64,000 nt of DNA from Haliotis rufescens (GCF_023055435.1 NW_025963784.1:806001-870000), one strand, 5' to 3'; shown: positions 13,436 through 28,123, numbered from the stretch's first letter. Notes: generated from the sequence alone by a model not told the origin. Translations and numbers: made by a program.

Positions 13436-15724
13436 TTTCATAAACCATTTCAATCTTGGGGTGTGTGTGGGTGAAATAGCAGTGTTGGTTTGAGTTGAAT
13501 CATCAGTATGCACATCGTGTGCAGTGATACTGGGGCGGTGGGTAGCCCAGCGGTTATAGAGTGTACGTGTAGGTTAAGGGGCACCCGGATATGTAATGAT
13601 ATTGGCACTTAATTTCTATCATTAATAATAGATCTGTTTTATTAAATGATCTATTTGTTTACTTTGAGCGTGTTGCTTTCATGAACTCATGAAAACATTT
13701 GCCTGTTGTTCTCAGCACACGTTTCTTATCATCCGAAAAAAACGACAGAACGTGTGTCAGGTATTGACATATTCATTCACTACACACTTGACTTCGCCAG
13801 GAGAGATATCGTCCGCCTGTCTATAAATAGGGATTGTCCCTGTCGCACAACTAATACGATCGAACCAATAGTGTACAAATAGTATCAAATTCGAGTTTCC
13901 AATACACAGAATGTAGGCCTCAAATGATGTAAGAGTTATCAGAGATTGTGGTGATGTGACCTGGCAGTCTAGCCAGCCTAGCGCTGTGTAATAGATATAT
14001 ATACGAGCCCAGTGTATGGTGTCTTGCTGTGTTATCGCCCTTCATGTAAAGGAAGTTTAGTGGGGATTACATTACAGGCCATGGCACATTTTTCAAAAGT
14101 TTGTATTTGAAATCAGGAATAAATTGATGATGCAAATGTATCAAATAAGATAATGAGGAAAAACACACCCGTACGCATAACGATACTATTCTAATACAGA
14201 ATAAATAAGGTGCTTTTTTTCAATGCAAACATACTCAAACAGTCGGTAGTTAATTTGGAGCAGTCAAAGCTCTATTAAGGATTTGGCTTACAGCCGTGCC
14301 TTGATGAAACTAATACGTAACACCTGATCACGAACTGCACATGCCCCTTTGACAACCATGGTACAGTGTTTGAACCGATCTAGGTCCGAAAATCCGACAA
14401 ACGTCAACGTTGCAAGGCTATAAATATATGTCACTACATGGATGCACATACCGGCGTATATACATTGTAGCAGTGACTGGCAAAAGGTTCGTTGGAGTTA
14501 TGATGTCACACTCAAGTGGTTTTCGTACACTGTGACACCGATTGAGGTTAAGATTAATGGTAGGGTTCCGTTCCACAATATATAATTGTCAATGCACGAG
14601 AATAAATAAATATATGAATGTACCACTGAAAATCAATGATGACACCAGGTGTTCGAGGAAAGGGTAAGCATGTCCTGTTCTACCGGTAGCACCCGTCATT
14701 CATACAAAGCGATCGTAGCACCAGGGCGACCGTAACTCCCACACTTTAGCATGGACCTACGACAGTCGTAGCGCTAAGATCGCTTAGGAAAACGGGGCCT
14801 GCGAAGCCATACACAATGTAAAGGCGTCATATGTGGACAATATTAAGCTGAACATTTCCGGCAGCTATGTTGTTTGGTTAATGTATGTGACAGCAGTGTG
14901 CATGCAGTATTCTTCCAGGGGGAGGTGTAACTGACAAGATTAACAGGTACTGCACATGGCATTTAATTTATTTCGCAATATCATTTAGTGGGCGAAAACG
15001 TCCTTAGAGTATTTAGGGCTGCATGTCATTGTGTGTGGGAAGGCGAAAATGGCATTTAACAACTGACTCAAAGAAGCAAACATCCACAAGAAAATAATTG
15101 ATTGCAATACTGTTTACGGTTCAGCTAAGATACTACTGCTGCATATTATGTCCAGGAAACTCATTGAATACAGTATTGTTACTCGCTATTTCAACGTTTT
15201 AGAGTTTCCCAAGTGTAAACTACCTAGATACTTGGCTTCATAACGCGATTGTTTACAGACCGCCGTTATAAAGCTGGAATATTGCTGAGTGTGACTTTAA
15301 ACAACAAACGAACGAACGATCGAGATCTACATCCATCTGGTCAACCCTGTCCACCCTGTCACCCACCGCAATTTACCCACTTACCTTTTAATTCAAATCG
15401 TCTAAGCCAGAGAATAACAGTCTCTCGTATGTGCCGAAACAGGTTCCACAGCGTGTAAATGCAAAATTGTGCAAATGATCAGAGACCAAATCAATCAGGT
15501 ATGACACCAGGTCCTCACGAAAGGGTAAACATGCCCTGCTGTATCTGTACAACCTCCTACTCACCTAACGCTGCACTAAAACAATACTTCTGCCACACGG
15601 CCCTATCACTAGACCGCCTCCGTGGTCTAGTGATAGAGCATCCACACGGAGAGCGGAAGGTCCGTGCACGTCGCTATATAAGTGCACTAAACTTAGACGT
15701 GACCTTAAACCCAATTTCCCTTCC

Positions 15725-16290
15725 CTTCAGGTCTATCTTCGTAAAAATTAAGGTCTACCTTCCCATTGAATGAGTCAGCAGCACTGGGTTCACAGTGACC
15801 TTAAAGTATCCACATAGCCTGACCTGGTCATGTTTTAACGATGAGAACGATGGGAGCGTCCAAATCACTGAGATCAAAGCTTGGATATGATACCAGACTG
15901 TTCAAAGTCTATCCAGATCAGCTTCAACATCCTCCTGGAGCGGATATGGCACATGTCTTGTCTTGAAGAATCTGGGTGCAGAATCATCTGGTAATTAGCC
16001 TTGAGGTGAGGTGAAATTGGGTTTAACGTCGCGTCCAAGATTATTGCACTTATATAGCGACGTGCATGTACGTGTGTGTGTGTGGCTGCTTGTACTAGTC
16101 CGGACTGATGCCGATTTATAGTGCTAGTTCACTGAGATACCATGCCGCAGTTTAACATGAATACCCCACTCAGACACAGTATACTGACTCCGAGCCGACC
16201 AGTCCTTGTTTTAGCCCCTAAATACATGGGTGCAGAATCATCTGGTACAACTAAATTTGCCTTGGCTTCATTCAACTTTACTAGTCTTTC
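15725..16290 (-). mobile_element. Decayed Gypsy-type LTR retrotransposon pol fragment (paralogue at ~51375-51785)
   Basis: Minus-strand translation gives PRFFKTRHVPYPLQEDVEADLDRL...VRLCGYFKVTVNPVL across frameshifts. It is interrupted by the SINE at 15994-16226. Confidence 0.7.
15994..16226 (-). mobile_element. 5'-truncated SINE with (TCACC)n tail, flanked by a 21-bp direct repeat
   Basis: TGGGTGCAGAATCATCTGGTA at 15973-15993 and 16227-16247. The 3' end is near-identical to the insert at 59125-59186. The copy in unit B (~51640-51724) is internally deleted. Confidence 0.75.
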
Positions 16291-16689
16291 CCTTCCGAGT
16301 CTTACTTAATCATTATCGTTTGGTCTAAAACGTCTTGAGTCTAAATATATTGACTCCAACTAACAACAAAAACACATATTTCATAAACAACCTGTGAAAT
16401 GTTTTATGAAATATTGATTTTTAGTTTACTTTTCATTTTTGAAAGTCAGATTGAAACAATTTCAATATCTAAGACAAAATTGTTATGGATGATATCAATA
16501 TCGAACAGAGTTGAAACAATATTGATACAATGTTTTTCAAGTAAGCAAACTCAGATCAACCAAATTTCAACTTTAGAACAATGACAATACTGGGATACTT
16601 CAACGGAGGAAGACATTATTAATTATAATTATCTGTGTAAGTTGGGGTACAGGTTATGAAAATTGTTAAAAAACATCCTCGGCGACGTG

Positions 16690-16781
16690 GAGTACAATGT
16701 GTGAAGCCAATTTCTGGTGTCCCCCGCCGTGATATTGCTGGAATATTGCTAAAGCGGCGTAAAACCATACTCACTCACTCA
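16690..16781 (+). mobile_element. SINE 3' fragment (family of 12765-12938); paralogue at ~52191-52285
   Basis: Reverse-complement match to the 12765 SINE, ending in ACTC repeats. Confidence 0.7.
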
Positions 16782-17559
16782 TTCTCTCAGTGAGCATAGG
16801 TTGAACCAGGCAATAAAGATCAACAGAGGTCATTGTTACAATATCAGAAACCTTTGAAAACAATAGGTTTCTAACTGAGTAACATTTCTCTACTCATGTT
16901 GCCAGACAACAATATTGTAATTTGTAATATTATGTTATATTTTGATCAAGACCTGATTTGAAACCACAATAAAGTATGTATATTAAGTGGATTCACCTGA
17001 TCACGAAGACTGACGCTTTTTTGGATTGTTACTCGGACATGTACAATGCTCATCTTGAAATATGGTCACACAGTGTACTGCAGAAATAATGCAGGGTAAT
17101 AACAAATATCATCATTTAACATCGTTTGGTAAAACGCGGCCGGGGCTCGAACCACCTATTTTCCGCTCTCCGGACAGACTCGCTTTATTTTCCCCGCAAG
17201 CCACACACAGAACAACAAACCAATAACAGAACGTCCCCTGCGGTACAAGGAGAGACGTTTATGAAGCCCTGAGGCGTTATAACAAGACCAACACTGATGC
17301 GTAGACAAATACAGGGTACATAATGAATATTCATGCTTGGGTGTAGTTCAGAATATAACCTTTTGTCATCTACAGGTTCAAGTGAACAACCGATTATTTA
17401 TCACGCCTGTGTGACTCATGTCACTATTAATAACTTTACAAAATGGCGCCTAATCCGAAACCACCCGAGCCTTACCTGACAGGGAGAACCTCAGCCCTTA
17501 AAGTGGAGGAGATTGTTAACATTCTGAGGAGTCCAGATGAGAGCAAGACCATCCAGACT

Positions 17560-17662
17560 GCCCCCCCCCACCCACCCCCCCCCACCCCCCCCCCACCCAC
17601 CCCACCCCCCCCCCCCCCCACCCACCCCACCCCCCCCCCCCCCCCCCCCCCACCCCCACCCC
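17560..17662 (+). repeat. Poly-C tract in exon 1 of copy A (frame-preserving, +87 nt relative to copy B)
   Basis: Copy B has GCCCCCGTCACACCCCAG (53064-53081) at this position. Confidence 0.8.
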
Positions 17663-20600
17663 AGGGAGGGGAGGTGTACCTCTATAAGATTACCTCGGGA
17701 ATGAGAGAAGGTGAGGCAGTTGTGTTCAGGCTTAATATACAGCGGGTCAGGGATTAATACATATGAACAATGTTAATATTTCATGGAAAGCTGATATTAT
17801 TTATTACACAATTTGAATTCATTGGGGTTGTTAAGTACACATGACCAATGTCCTCAAAGCCACATTCATATACATGTACGTTATCAGTAATAGTCTGCTT
17901 GACGTCGGGGTCACCCTGCCCTGGTATCAGCTTCCTTTTACAGCCCTGTGATAACCGCTTTTATGTTCGCTAACATTGTTGACAAGTGATTGTCGTGCAA
18001 ATAAGTGACTACGTGAATTAAGTTTATTTGTCTGTATCATCATCAAAACGACTTCTTTTACTTATGTTCTATCTTTGTTTTTCTATTTACTCTTTCCATC
18101 CCCTCTACAACAATTGTGTACTTAAATAATGAACATTGTTTGATGTCAACTTGTAGAAAATCCATTGTTGGATTAATCAATATGGGCTAAACAAGAATCA
18201 AGTATCGTGTTGCATCTCAGGGAAGGAGAAAAGGACATGGTATTTATCATCACAACCTCTAATACAACATATTTATGCATGACCTTACAGCTGATTTGGC
18301 ATTAAGGTGGGTTGATTTTAGAGTTATGTTACACTATTGACTGTTCACAGTTTTATTAATTAACATCTACATCACAGGTGACACACTAACAAACAAAGCT
18401 TTTTGAGGGATAGTTCATCTTCAGGATTACAACATTGTTTGCAATGTTATGATGTTAATTTCTATTTGCAGATATCTGGAAGGATGACAAATATCACTTC
18501 CGAAGTGATGGAACCCGGAAGCAGCCTGGCTCGAGTCCAGTCATAGTGAAGCAGTACCACAAGGCTTACACCGAGGACAAGACAACAACAAGGGCCTTTG
18601 TCAGAGAAGCATCGTATCTGTACAACCAGCCTCTGAAACACATCCTAGTGCAATATATCGGGGACCACACACAAGCACAGCCTGCTCCACAACGCAAGAA
18701 GCGTGGTCAACAGACAGTTAATACCTCAGGTGACAGTAAATGTAGGAAAGTAGAATCAACTGGTGGAGCTGTGCAGTCAGGTGTCACGGAGAACAGTAAC
18801 TCCAACCTGGACCCTGAAGATCATTCATCACCGACAGGATTGGAAGACAACGGTAAATCAAACACTATTCTAGGTGTAACATTGAATGGAGCAAAGGTGT
18901 CAGAGACAGAAACAAAGAATGATCACGGCACAAATCAGAAACGCTGCGGGACAGGAGATCATAGAAGTGATGATGACATTGAATATTTAGGTACAACGTC
19001 AGGCTCCCCTGTCAAGAAACCTCGTTTGCAGCCTCAAGTTGAAAATGACCACACAGTTGTAACCTGTGTCAATAACACACACTTTTCTTATCTGTACACG
19101 TTTCTAGAAGAAGTAGAAAGAAATCGTGATGTGATAAAGGTCGTGCAACAAGTCCTAGCATCATCTAGGTTCTGGAACAAGGACTGTACCAACAAAGGCA
19201 ATCCGTGCTTGTCACACATTGAAGAGGTCGACAAAAACTGGAATCTAGATTCAATAAAAGCAAGGAACTGGGTTAAATGTGCTGTTAATACTGACGGTCT
19301 GAGCTGGAACCAAGACCTGTCAGTTTACATAAAGCTCATCGCAGCAGTACTTGTTGGAGCATGCCATACCAGGACTGAAGTACAGGACTTTGTGAAAAAC
19401 ACTGAAGGATCCTCCTTCACACCTGCAGCATGTACAAGAGGACGTCCCCCTGTCACGTGACTGTACATACACAGTTGGCTGCTACATCATCAGAGGAGAT
19501 GTTCTGTCTCGCCTGGAAACCAACGAGTGGCTGACAGATGAAGTAAGTTGTCCACCTGCAATATTTACACAATCACACAAACTACGTGCCTAGTTAACCA
19601 TCCAAGAAAATCATTTCATAGAACATGAGAGGCCTTCGATTTCATCAAATGATGTCAGTATTAGATATTAACTGGGGGCGTGAGGGTGGTGAGTGGTTCA
19701 GTCACCTAATACTCATTGATAGTGCCTTGAGGTAGGCGAGCTAGAGCTTGAGTTTGGTTAAACGCCTCTTTTTGACAGTAGTGTCATGGTGCGTTGGATT
19801 AAGTTATGAAGAAAGTGATGCACATCTTTGACGTTAACCACTTTGTTGATTCCCATGGTGAATCTGCATAGCGAAATGCGGCGCCTTGGACCACTGAAAC
19901 CCCATCTTAAGATTAATACAGTAATTTTTGGCGGTTTCTTCTTTTTACACCAGTATTAGTTAACTATCAATTCATATAATGGTGCTAATTATCAACTCAT
20001 TGCAATGCATCTCGATTCTGCAATGATGACACTACTCACCTGCAATGGGCATTGTACACAAAATCTAGTACATCACGAGTCAAATTGTCAGTCATTGCTA
20101 ACAGCCGATATATTCTCTTCATGATGAATATGTGATGTGCAGCGGATCCTGCTTTGATTTGAAATTACAAGCGTTCCGTTTGAAGCGAAAGCATTGGGCG
20201 ATTAAACAGTATAATAAACATTCTAATAAATGAACTCTTTCCTGTCTAGATCATGGACTCATACCTGCACCTCCTGGAGGGAGAGTGGTGTTCCCGTGTC
20301 AGCTTCCACTGTCTGGTGCTGCCTACAGAGACAATCCTACTGTGGGAGGCAGGACAGTACACAGACAGAATAAGGGGGAAAGATGTGAGTGACGTGAGAT
20401 TTTTATATTTCTTATAATTCTTTCATTCCGAGTGCACCATTGCATGTCCACCCTACCATGAACAAGGTCAAGACTCGAAAGATATTTTGCAGTAATTGTA
20501 TATTTTTTGTGATAACATATGATTCGTCTATGCCATGATTGCGTATTCAGTATGCTAGAAGTTATCACTTGCAATTGTGCGCACGAAGCGACCATATGCT

Positions 20601-23527
20601 GCAATGGGTTTCAATTGAGTCAAAGCCAGTAACCCCATTGATCCCATAATGCTATTCGTTTTCAATATGCAGTTGCAAAAGCAGATATTGCACAAGAACA
20701 TATTCGTCTTGCTACATATTACTTTACGAAGTGAAAATCTGGTTGTCAGAGAGGGGTCTTTAGAAGTTCTAAGTTCCAAGTTCATGATACCAATTCACTA
20801 ATATCTCTGTTACTGCATCATATCCAGCTTATGTGAAGCACGTGTTTCTTGATATATTGATCGTACACCGGAAAGGCATTTGTTTTTGAACTTACAGGAA
20901 AATTTGACAAACTACACGTGGATCTTAATGCCAGTGAACATGCCACGTAATCAACATTGGGTGCTACTGGTGGCTAATGTCAAGGATGGAACAGTGGGCG
21001 TGGTTAATTCTAAACCCTCCTTAGATGTGGAGGACAAGGTTGTACAACACTGGAGGTAGGTAGACAGAACAGTGGGCGTGGTCAATTCTAAACCCGCCTT
21101 ATATGTAGAACTCCCATTTGTACAACACTAGAGGTAGATAAAAGACAGGACGTGTGGCTGCACATTATAAATGTTAAAACCAAGCTATCCAATTTGAAAT
21201 GTTGAAATGTTGATTTCTCAAAAACAAACATGAATGTAAAAAAGATCCATCGAAAAATGTTCGATACACCCACATTTGTAGCTTTTACTTTTGGGTAGAA
21301 GATATAGAACAATCTGTTCACAGGGTTACCCAGTTCCCCAAATTGGTACACTGTGTGAATGATTTAAACGCCATAAATACAGTTATGTCACTCATTCATT
21401 TAAACCATAACATCTGTATTTGCTAACATAAAACCTAATTATGGACAAAGCAGGAGAGAACATCAGAAATGCCAGGACAGGATATTTTAGGCACTGCTGT
21501 ATTTACCTTCTTTTCTACCTTTACTTTAACACCAGTCCACATGAGTTGAAGACTTTATCGCCATCGAGTAATATACATGTATTCCTCAGGCTCTTTGTAA
21601 ACTACTTGAAATCTACGTCTAAGGAAGGGAGCAAGTTATGGATGAAGAAACAGTACCCAGTGATAGAACAGTCTGATGGACACAGCTGTGGGATATTCGT
21701 TCTGATGGTAGGTTGGTTTGAAGCTATGTTTTTTATATGAAAGGCAACATGTGTCTCAATAACCACGTATGAAAGATAGCTTTTCATTTCTAACTTTCAT
21801 ATTCTCAGGCTGCTGATGCAATTTTCTCGGAGAAGTCTCCAGGCATCATGAGGAACTGTCACGTTGAGAAATACAGGCTGTATGTACTTCAGAGGATACT
21901 ACAGTATGCCAAGGTCAAGGGAGATATGCAAGGTGGAGGAAATCACATCATGGCAGTTGATGGACTCGGTAATGACAAACACAAAATTCAAACTTCCATG
22001 CTGGGGACAACAGATGTACTGGAAAATAGCTGTTCAATGACAACAGAACAAGGAGGTCCAACTATTCATGAAGGAACCGACTGTGCTATCGCCAGTGATG
22101 AAAGTATGCATTCTGGAGATCATTACTATGTAACGTAATTGTAAGGCGTTACGGAAGGTATTATACTTTAGATCTATATATGCAATGGTGTATACTCCTT
22201 TCATACAAACGGTATTTGTTTTTACAGATACTGATGACCACCCATGTTTGGATCAGCACCTGTTGCATAAGCAGAAGATGGCGTGCTTGTTAGTGGTTGC
22301 TTTGGCGGAGAATAACCTGGAGGAGAGGATGCTATGGGCAGGGTCTGACACAGGGACTCGCGTGGAAAGAGAAACCTACAAAAAATATATTGTTTGGGCA
22401 CTTAAGGCTTTTGACATCAATGAAGAAGAATACACTGAAAATGTGATGAAACATATTCTATCCCAATTGACGGGATGCTGTCTCCATCATGAAGCAGGCT
22501 CATATAGAATAAGAAATCATAAAGTAGCAATAAAGCTAAGAGAAATACTGCTACGTGATGTTAGGCAGTTGGTTGAAAGGATGGATATCGAGTTCATATT
22601 TCGTTATGTGACATTTAGAGATGATCCAACTGAAGACGAACAACTAAATGTGTCTTTCAACCTCGAATTGAAACATGATGATCTGCATATTGTAGCGAAG
22701 CGGTTTGCTACAGCTTTACACGGCAGAAAGTTTGCCTTTGTGTGCATGCATTCCCTATTCAAGGTAGAGACATTTGTTGATATGGTTTGGGAGAAATTGT
22801 TGCATAATATGAACAAGGACAGTTGTGTACTGTTGAAAGTATTGTCAAATAATGACATTGTACATGGATATTCCTTTCTGTTTTGGGCGAGCATCACAGA
22901 CAACTCACATTTGTTGAGGAGAGCATTGTTCAGTGTTCAAATGAATGCAGAGAACAGAAAGGAAGCTTTGTTTGGAAGTTGCTTTGGGAATAGTTTAGCC
23001 AACTTCGATTACCTGTTTTCCAATAAAAACTGGAAGTTGGATAAGTTGTGGATGACACTACCCAAACTCCCAAGACCTCTTATCATTAAACTGCAGTTGG
23101 CAGTTGCAGATGATCTGGGAGTAAAGTTTGGTAAATGTTCACTTTTGCCTGTATGGGTGGGTTGTCTGCAGTGGCTTCCAGATTGTCACATTTGATAAAG
23201 ATGAGCAAGAAGAAATACAGGTCAAGAAAGAATACATATGTACATTTTGCATCCTTGTGTCTAAAGGGCAAAGATACCATGGATACAATTAGAAAAATTG
23301 GAAAACTGAATGTCAATATAAAAGGCCCTGAAGGATCAACACCTTTACATTACGCATGTGCAGTTGGAAATGTTAGCATTGTAAGCTATCTGTTACAGGA
23401 ACGAGTGGACATTGGTGAGCAAAACAAGAAGGGTGAAACTGGGCTTCATTTGGCATGTATATATGGAAACGCAGAAGTTGTTACAATGTTATTACAGAAC
23501 AAGGGAATAATTCATGTGAAAGATAAT

Positions 23528-25010
23528 GCTGGCCGCACACCTCTACATGATGCAGCCTGGCAGGGGCACAGGGAGGTTGTGGAGGTGTTATTACAGAACA
23601 AGGCAAATGTTTATGAGAAACGTGTTAATGGCAGCACACCTCTACATGATGCAGCCTGGCAGGGGCACAGGGAGGTTGTGGAGGTGTTATTACAGAACAA
23701 GGCAAATGTTTATGAGAAACGTGATGATGGCCGCACACCTCTACATCTTGCAGCCTACCAGGGACATAGGGTGGTGTGGAGGTGTTATTACAGAACAAGG
23801 CAAATGTGAATGAGAAAGATAAGGAAGGCGGCACACCTCTACATGATGCAGCCTGGCAGGGGCACAGGGAGGTTGTGGAGGTGTTATTACAGAACAAGGC
23901 AAATGTTTATGAGAAAGATAAGGAAGGCGGCACACCTCTACATCTTGCAGCCAGCCAGGGACATAGGGAGGTTGTGGAGGTGTTATTACAGAACAAGGCA
24001 AATGTTTATGAGAAAGATAAGGAAGGCGGCACACCTCTACATCATGCAGCCTGGCAAGGACATAGGGAGGTCGTGGAGGTGTTATTACAGAACAAGGCAA
24101 ATGTGAATGAGAAAGATAAGGAAGGCGGCACACCTCTACATGATGCAGCCAGCCAGGGACATAGGGAGGTTGTGGAGGTGTTATTACAGAACAAGGCAAA
24201 TGTTTATGAGAAACGTGTTAATGGCAGCACACCTCTACATGATGCAGCCTGGCAGGGGCATAGGGAGGTTGTGGAGGTGTTATTACAGAACAAGGCAAAT
24301 GTTTATGAGAAACGTGTTAATGGCAGCACACCTCTACATGATGCAGCCTGGCAGGGGCACAGGGAGGTTGTGGAGGTGTTATTACAGAACAAGGCAAATG
24401 TGGATGAGAAACGTGATGATGGCAGCACACCTCTACATCTTGCAGCCTACCAGGGACATAGGGAGGTTGTGGAGATGTTATTACAGAACAAGGCAAATGT
24501 TTATGAGAAACGTGTTAATGGCAGCACACCTCTACATGATGCAGCCTGGCAGGGGCACAGGGAGGTTGTGGAAGTGTTATTACAGAAAAAGGCAAATGTT
24601 TATGAGAAAGATAAGGAAGGCCGCACACCTCTACATCATGCAGCCTACCAGGGACATAGGGAGGTTGTGGAGGTGTTATTACAGAACAAGGCAAATGTGG
24701 ATGAGAAACGTGATGATGGCAGCACACCTCTACATCTTGCAGCCTACCAGGGACATAGGGAGGTTGTGGAGATGTTATTACAGAACAAGGCAAATGTTTA
24801 TGAGAAACGTGTTAATGGCAGCACACCTCTACATGATGCAGCCTGGCAGGGGCACAGGGAGGTTGTGGAAGTGTTATTACAGAAAAAGGCAAATGTTTAT
24901 GAGAAAGATAAGGAAGGCGGCACACCTCTACATCATGCAGCCAGCCAGGGACATAGGGAGGTTGTGGAGGTGTTATTACAGAACAAGGCAAATGTGGATG
25001 AGAAAGACGA
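23528..25010 (+). repeat. Tandem 99-bp ankyrin array, about 15 units, with a 297-bp higher-order duplication
   Basis: Repeating GxTPLHxAAxQGHREVVEVLLQNKANVxEK. A block near 24515 recurs 297 bp later. Confidence 0.9.
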
Positions 25011-25310
25011 TAAAGAAGAAACTGCTTTACAAAAAGCAGAGGCACAACATCACAATGATATTGCAAGGATTATAACTGAGGCAACAAATATACATGACCT
25101 GACAACCAACCATGGTACAATTATAGATAGGTAAGAGCAATGTGGAAATGATGCTTTAGTTGACAACCCAAACACATATATTGTATACGCTGTTTTGCAG
25201 AACAGTTTTGAAACCCTACGAAATCATATGAGACCTCGAAGAGGACAGTACCATCAGACATTTATCAAAATATCTATCATTTATCTAAGAATATAGACAG
25301 AGCATTTCTA

Positions 25311-25796
25311 TAAGGCCCCCCAAACAACATACTAAAAGTCCCAAATCAATCAATCAAATATGTCATGAGAGACCAACAGTGTATTGATATTGAATGTCTG
25401 TCCATGTCTTGGAGGTCATCTTGGAATTTTGGGCCAGTCAGTTAGTGTGACAAGTTTTATGCACATACGTCCAAGCACACTGTTTCAGATATAAATCTTC
25501 AACAGTCTAAACTCATATTTAGGAAAGTGTCGGCCATCTTGAAATTGCCGGCCATCTTGATGTTTTATAGATTTGTCAATAGTCGAAAACGATCAATAGT
25601 TGTGAATATCATTTTAAAACCATAATATGACTATTTTGCAACAGAACAAATGCTGTTTTTCATCAAAACATTGAACCTCATCTGAAATGTTGAAAATACT
25701 ATTGACAGTTTGTTGCCATATTGGATTATGTAAATTAGACATATTTCCCAAACTGGGATTGCTTGGGACTTTAAGTATGTTGTTTTGGGGACCTTG
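25311..25796. mobile_element. MITE / non-autonomous DNA transposon in the last intron
   Basis: TIRs of about 33 bp (AAGG(C/T)CCCCAAA(A)CAACATACT(A/T)AAAGTCCCAA) flanked by TA. An internally deleted paralogue lies at 62918-63191. Confidence 0.75.
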
Positions 25797-27539
25797 TAGA
25801 CATGCATTGTGGTGAGATGAACTTTATTGCTATTTGTTCCAAGGGAAACCTTATTTTCCATGGGCTACATATGTCAACGGGGACTTGCAAAAACGCTGAA
25901 ATTATGTTAACCAATATTTGAACTTAATTAGGCTTCACTGTGTATACTATTGAATGATTTCGCTGGAGGCTTTTACATCTTGATTTTGTATTATATGTCA
26001 CAATAGCATCACTATTTTGATTAAGTCCTATTTTCTCTGAAATGTTGTGTCAAGTGCATGTGGTATTGTTTCAGGGTGACAACCGATGGCCAGTTTCTTA
26101 TGAAATCATCGTCAGTTCCACATGGAAGCTATAACAATGGCGGTTTGCTTACATCCACACCACCAACATCAACGTGCCCCGTGAACCACGCATCAATAGA
26201 ATTGCCAGGGGTTTATGTTCCGAGTCAACTGGGACAAGCAGTTTCCACAGACAGACAAAGTGTTATTGAAGAGATCGCTTTGCAGTCATCCCAACCATAT
26301 CATATAGACGGAAATCTTAACAACCTCCATACAGATCCTGCACGCATGGAGATACGTTCACCCAATCAAAGAACAGAAGCTATATATGGAAACTCAAGTC
26401 ATGTTCCCACCTGTGTCCATGCTCCAGTAGTTGGTGACACAGTGCCTAGTTCAGATAACACTAGTAATTCTGAGAATGTCATCATTCACTACACTGAGTC
26501 TGGGGAAAAGATAGAGCTGCAGCAGCTCTAAAAGTGGTCTAGAAAGGAGTTATCATTGATAGTATGGTGTACAGTGATACAGTATACATATACAGTTTTA
26601 CAACCTCCTTCAGGAGTCAGTCGTCCGAATTTGGTTTGCAGAAAAAAACGAGTTATTTGTCACTTGTGTCGATGTAGCATTGATGTTTCGGTTAGCATAT
26701 CAATTCCATAAAAAGCAAACATTTTACTCTACAGATGCTAGGACCATAGCTTACTTCATGACGAAAAAATCCTCTATATTGCTTAGAGGATTACATAATA
26801 GATTCTTTCAAATGTTCCTAACTGGACATATGCGTATTTCAGTGTGAACCGAACTTTCCTTAGGCATTGTGTTAAGTTGAATCGAGTGAGTGTGTGAGTT
26901 GGATTTAACGCTGCTTTTAACAGTTTTCAAGTTATATCACTGCGTGACAGCTTAATGTGGGAGGAAAGCCCGAAGTGATGCAGGTCTCAGACGTTTACCA
27001 TTTCGGTGATTTGTGTCAATGTAGTTTTGACGTTTCTGTTTGCATCTCGATTCCATAAAAAAACCATTGTACGTTACAAATTCTAGGAACATGGCTAACT
27101 TTAATGTTTAGAAGATTACATAACAGTTTCTTACAAATGTTTATAACTGAACATATGCAGATTTCAGTGTGTTCCAAACTTTCTTAAAGCAAAGTATTTT
27201 GTTGAAATTACGGGAGTGAGTTAAGATTGACGTACACAATGAATGTTTGCAGCTACATGTCGCTGTGTAAAATATGTACTTGCAGGAACACGTGGGTGTC
27301 TTTCTATCATAGTCGGTATTGTCACTTTGATTTGTTTCTGCACCATTTCCAGTGTCAGAGTTGTGAAGTCTCACTCCCAAAACGAAGCCATGTAACCTGT
27401 TGCAATATAGACTTTAAAGTACGTTCACGGTGACCTCATATTCAGGAATATAATGACTGTTTTTGTAAAACGATTCGTCGTGAAGCACCACTTTAGATTA
27501 GATTGTAGCTAAATATGGTGTACACAGTTTTATTTATAT

Positions 27540-27870
27540 TCAATGTATTATCCTTCTTTCAAATATCTTATAAACACAAACTGCAAGTCTGAGAAGAATG
27601 TGGCTATTTTTGCTGTTCATTAACTGTACAAATTTTCTTCGTGATGGATACGTATAATAATAGTTAGGCAGGTATTTGATTCTTATATCCTCATATACTG
27701 GAAATATCAATAAAACATGGTATTCATTTTCTTGGTTACATTTGCAGAAAGGACACATCTATGTTAAAACATCATTATCTTTGGAGTGTCTGTATAACTG
27801 TATATTGAGGGTATATATACCACACCTGAACTTCGTTAAGCATCTGCGTAAAGGGAGAGAGTATCTGCCC
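27540..27870 (-). mobile_element. 3' remnant of a non-LTR retrotransposon ORF2
   Basis: CPFCK...ENEYHVLL.FP.Y..IR.KYLP.YY...P...KF..LM resembles the C-terminal CCHC region of invertebrate LINEs. Confidence 0.6.
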
Positions 27871-28123
27871 AGTGACGTTAAAATATGGTGCTCTTGTTAC
27901 CCCGCCTGGCGCTCAGCATTAAGGGGATAAGACTGGTCAATTTGTGGTCAGTATATTGTGTCAGAGTGGGGTATTCATGTTAAAACTTCGGTATGGTGTA
28001 TCAGTGGCTTGTTCTGTAAAAACGACATGAGCAGACACACATACATATACACACACGCGTGCATGCACGTTACTTCATATAAGAGCAGAATTCTTGAACG
28101 CAACGTTAAACCTCAAGATTTTC

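Larger units (their letters stand above)
17443..26531 (+). pseudogene. CG-1-like / Ulp1(C48) protease / ankyrin-repeat gene, copy A, frameshifted (exons 17443-17710, 18472-19542, 20250-20384, 20898-21055, 21590-21707, 21809-22103, 22228-25130, 26075-26531)
   Basis: Same exon structure as copy B. Lesions relative to copy B or the repeat consensus: +1 A at 19395-19399, a 7-nt deletion at ~23145 and a 1-nt deletion at ~23772. About 15 tandem 99-bp ankyrin units. Confidence 0.75.
280..26600 (+). repeat. Segmental duplication unit A (colinear with ~32660-64000)
   Basis: Colinear throughout. The offset grows from about 32.4 kb to about 37.4 kb, mainly from the Ngaro/DIRS insertion and the ankyrin expansion, less deletions. 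Confidence 0.95.

Noticed and set aside
17443-26531. Calling the large gene CAMTA, SENP, IkB or ankyrin-1
   Set aside because: It lacks TIG/IQ, ZU5/spectrin-binding and IkB degron features, and the architecture matches none of these. No gene symbol was assigned.
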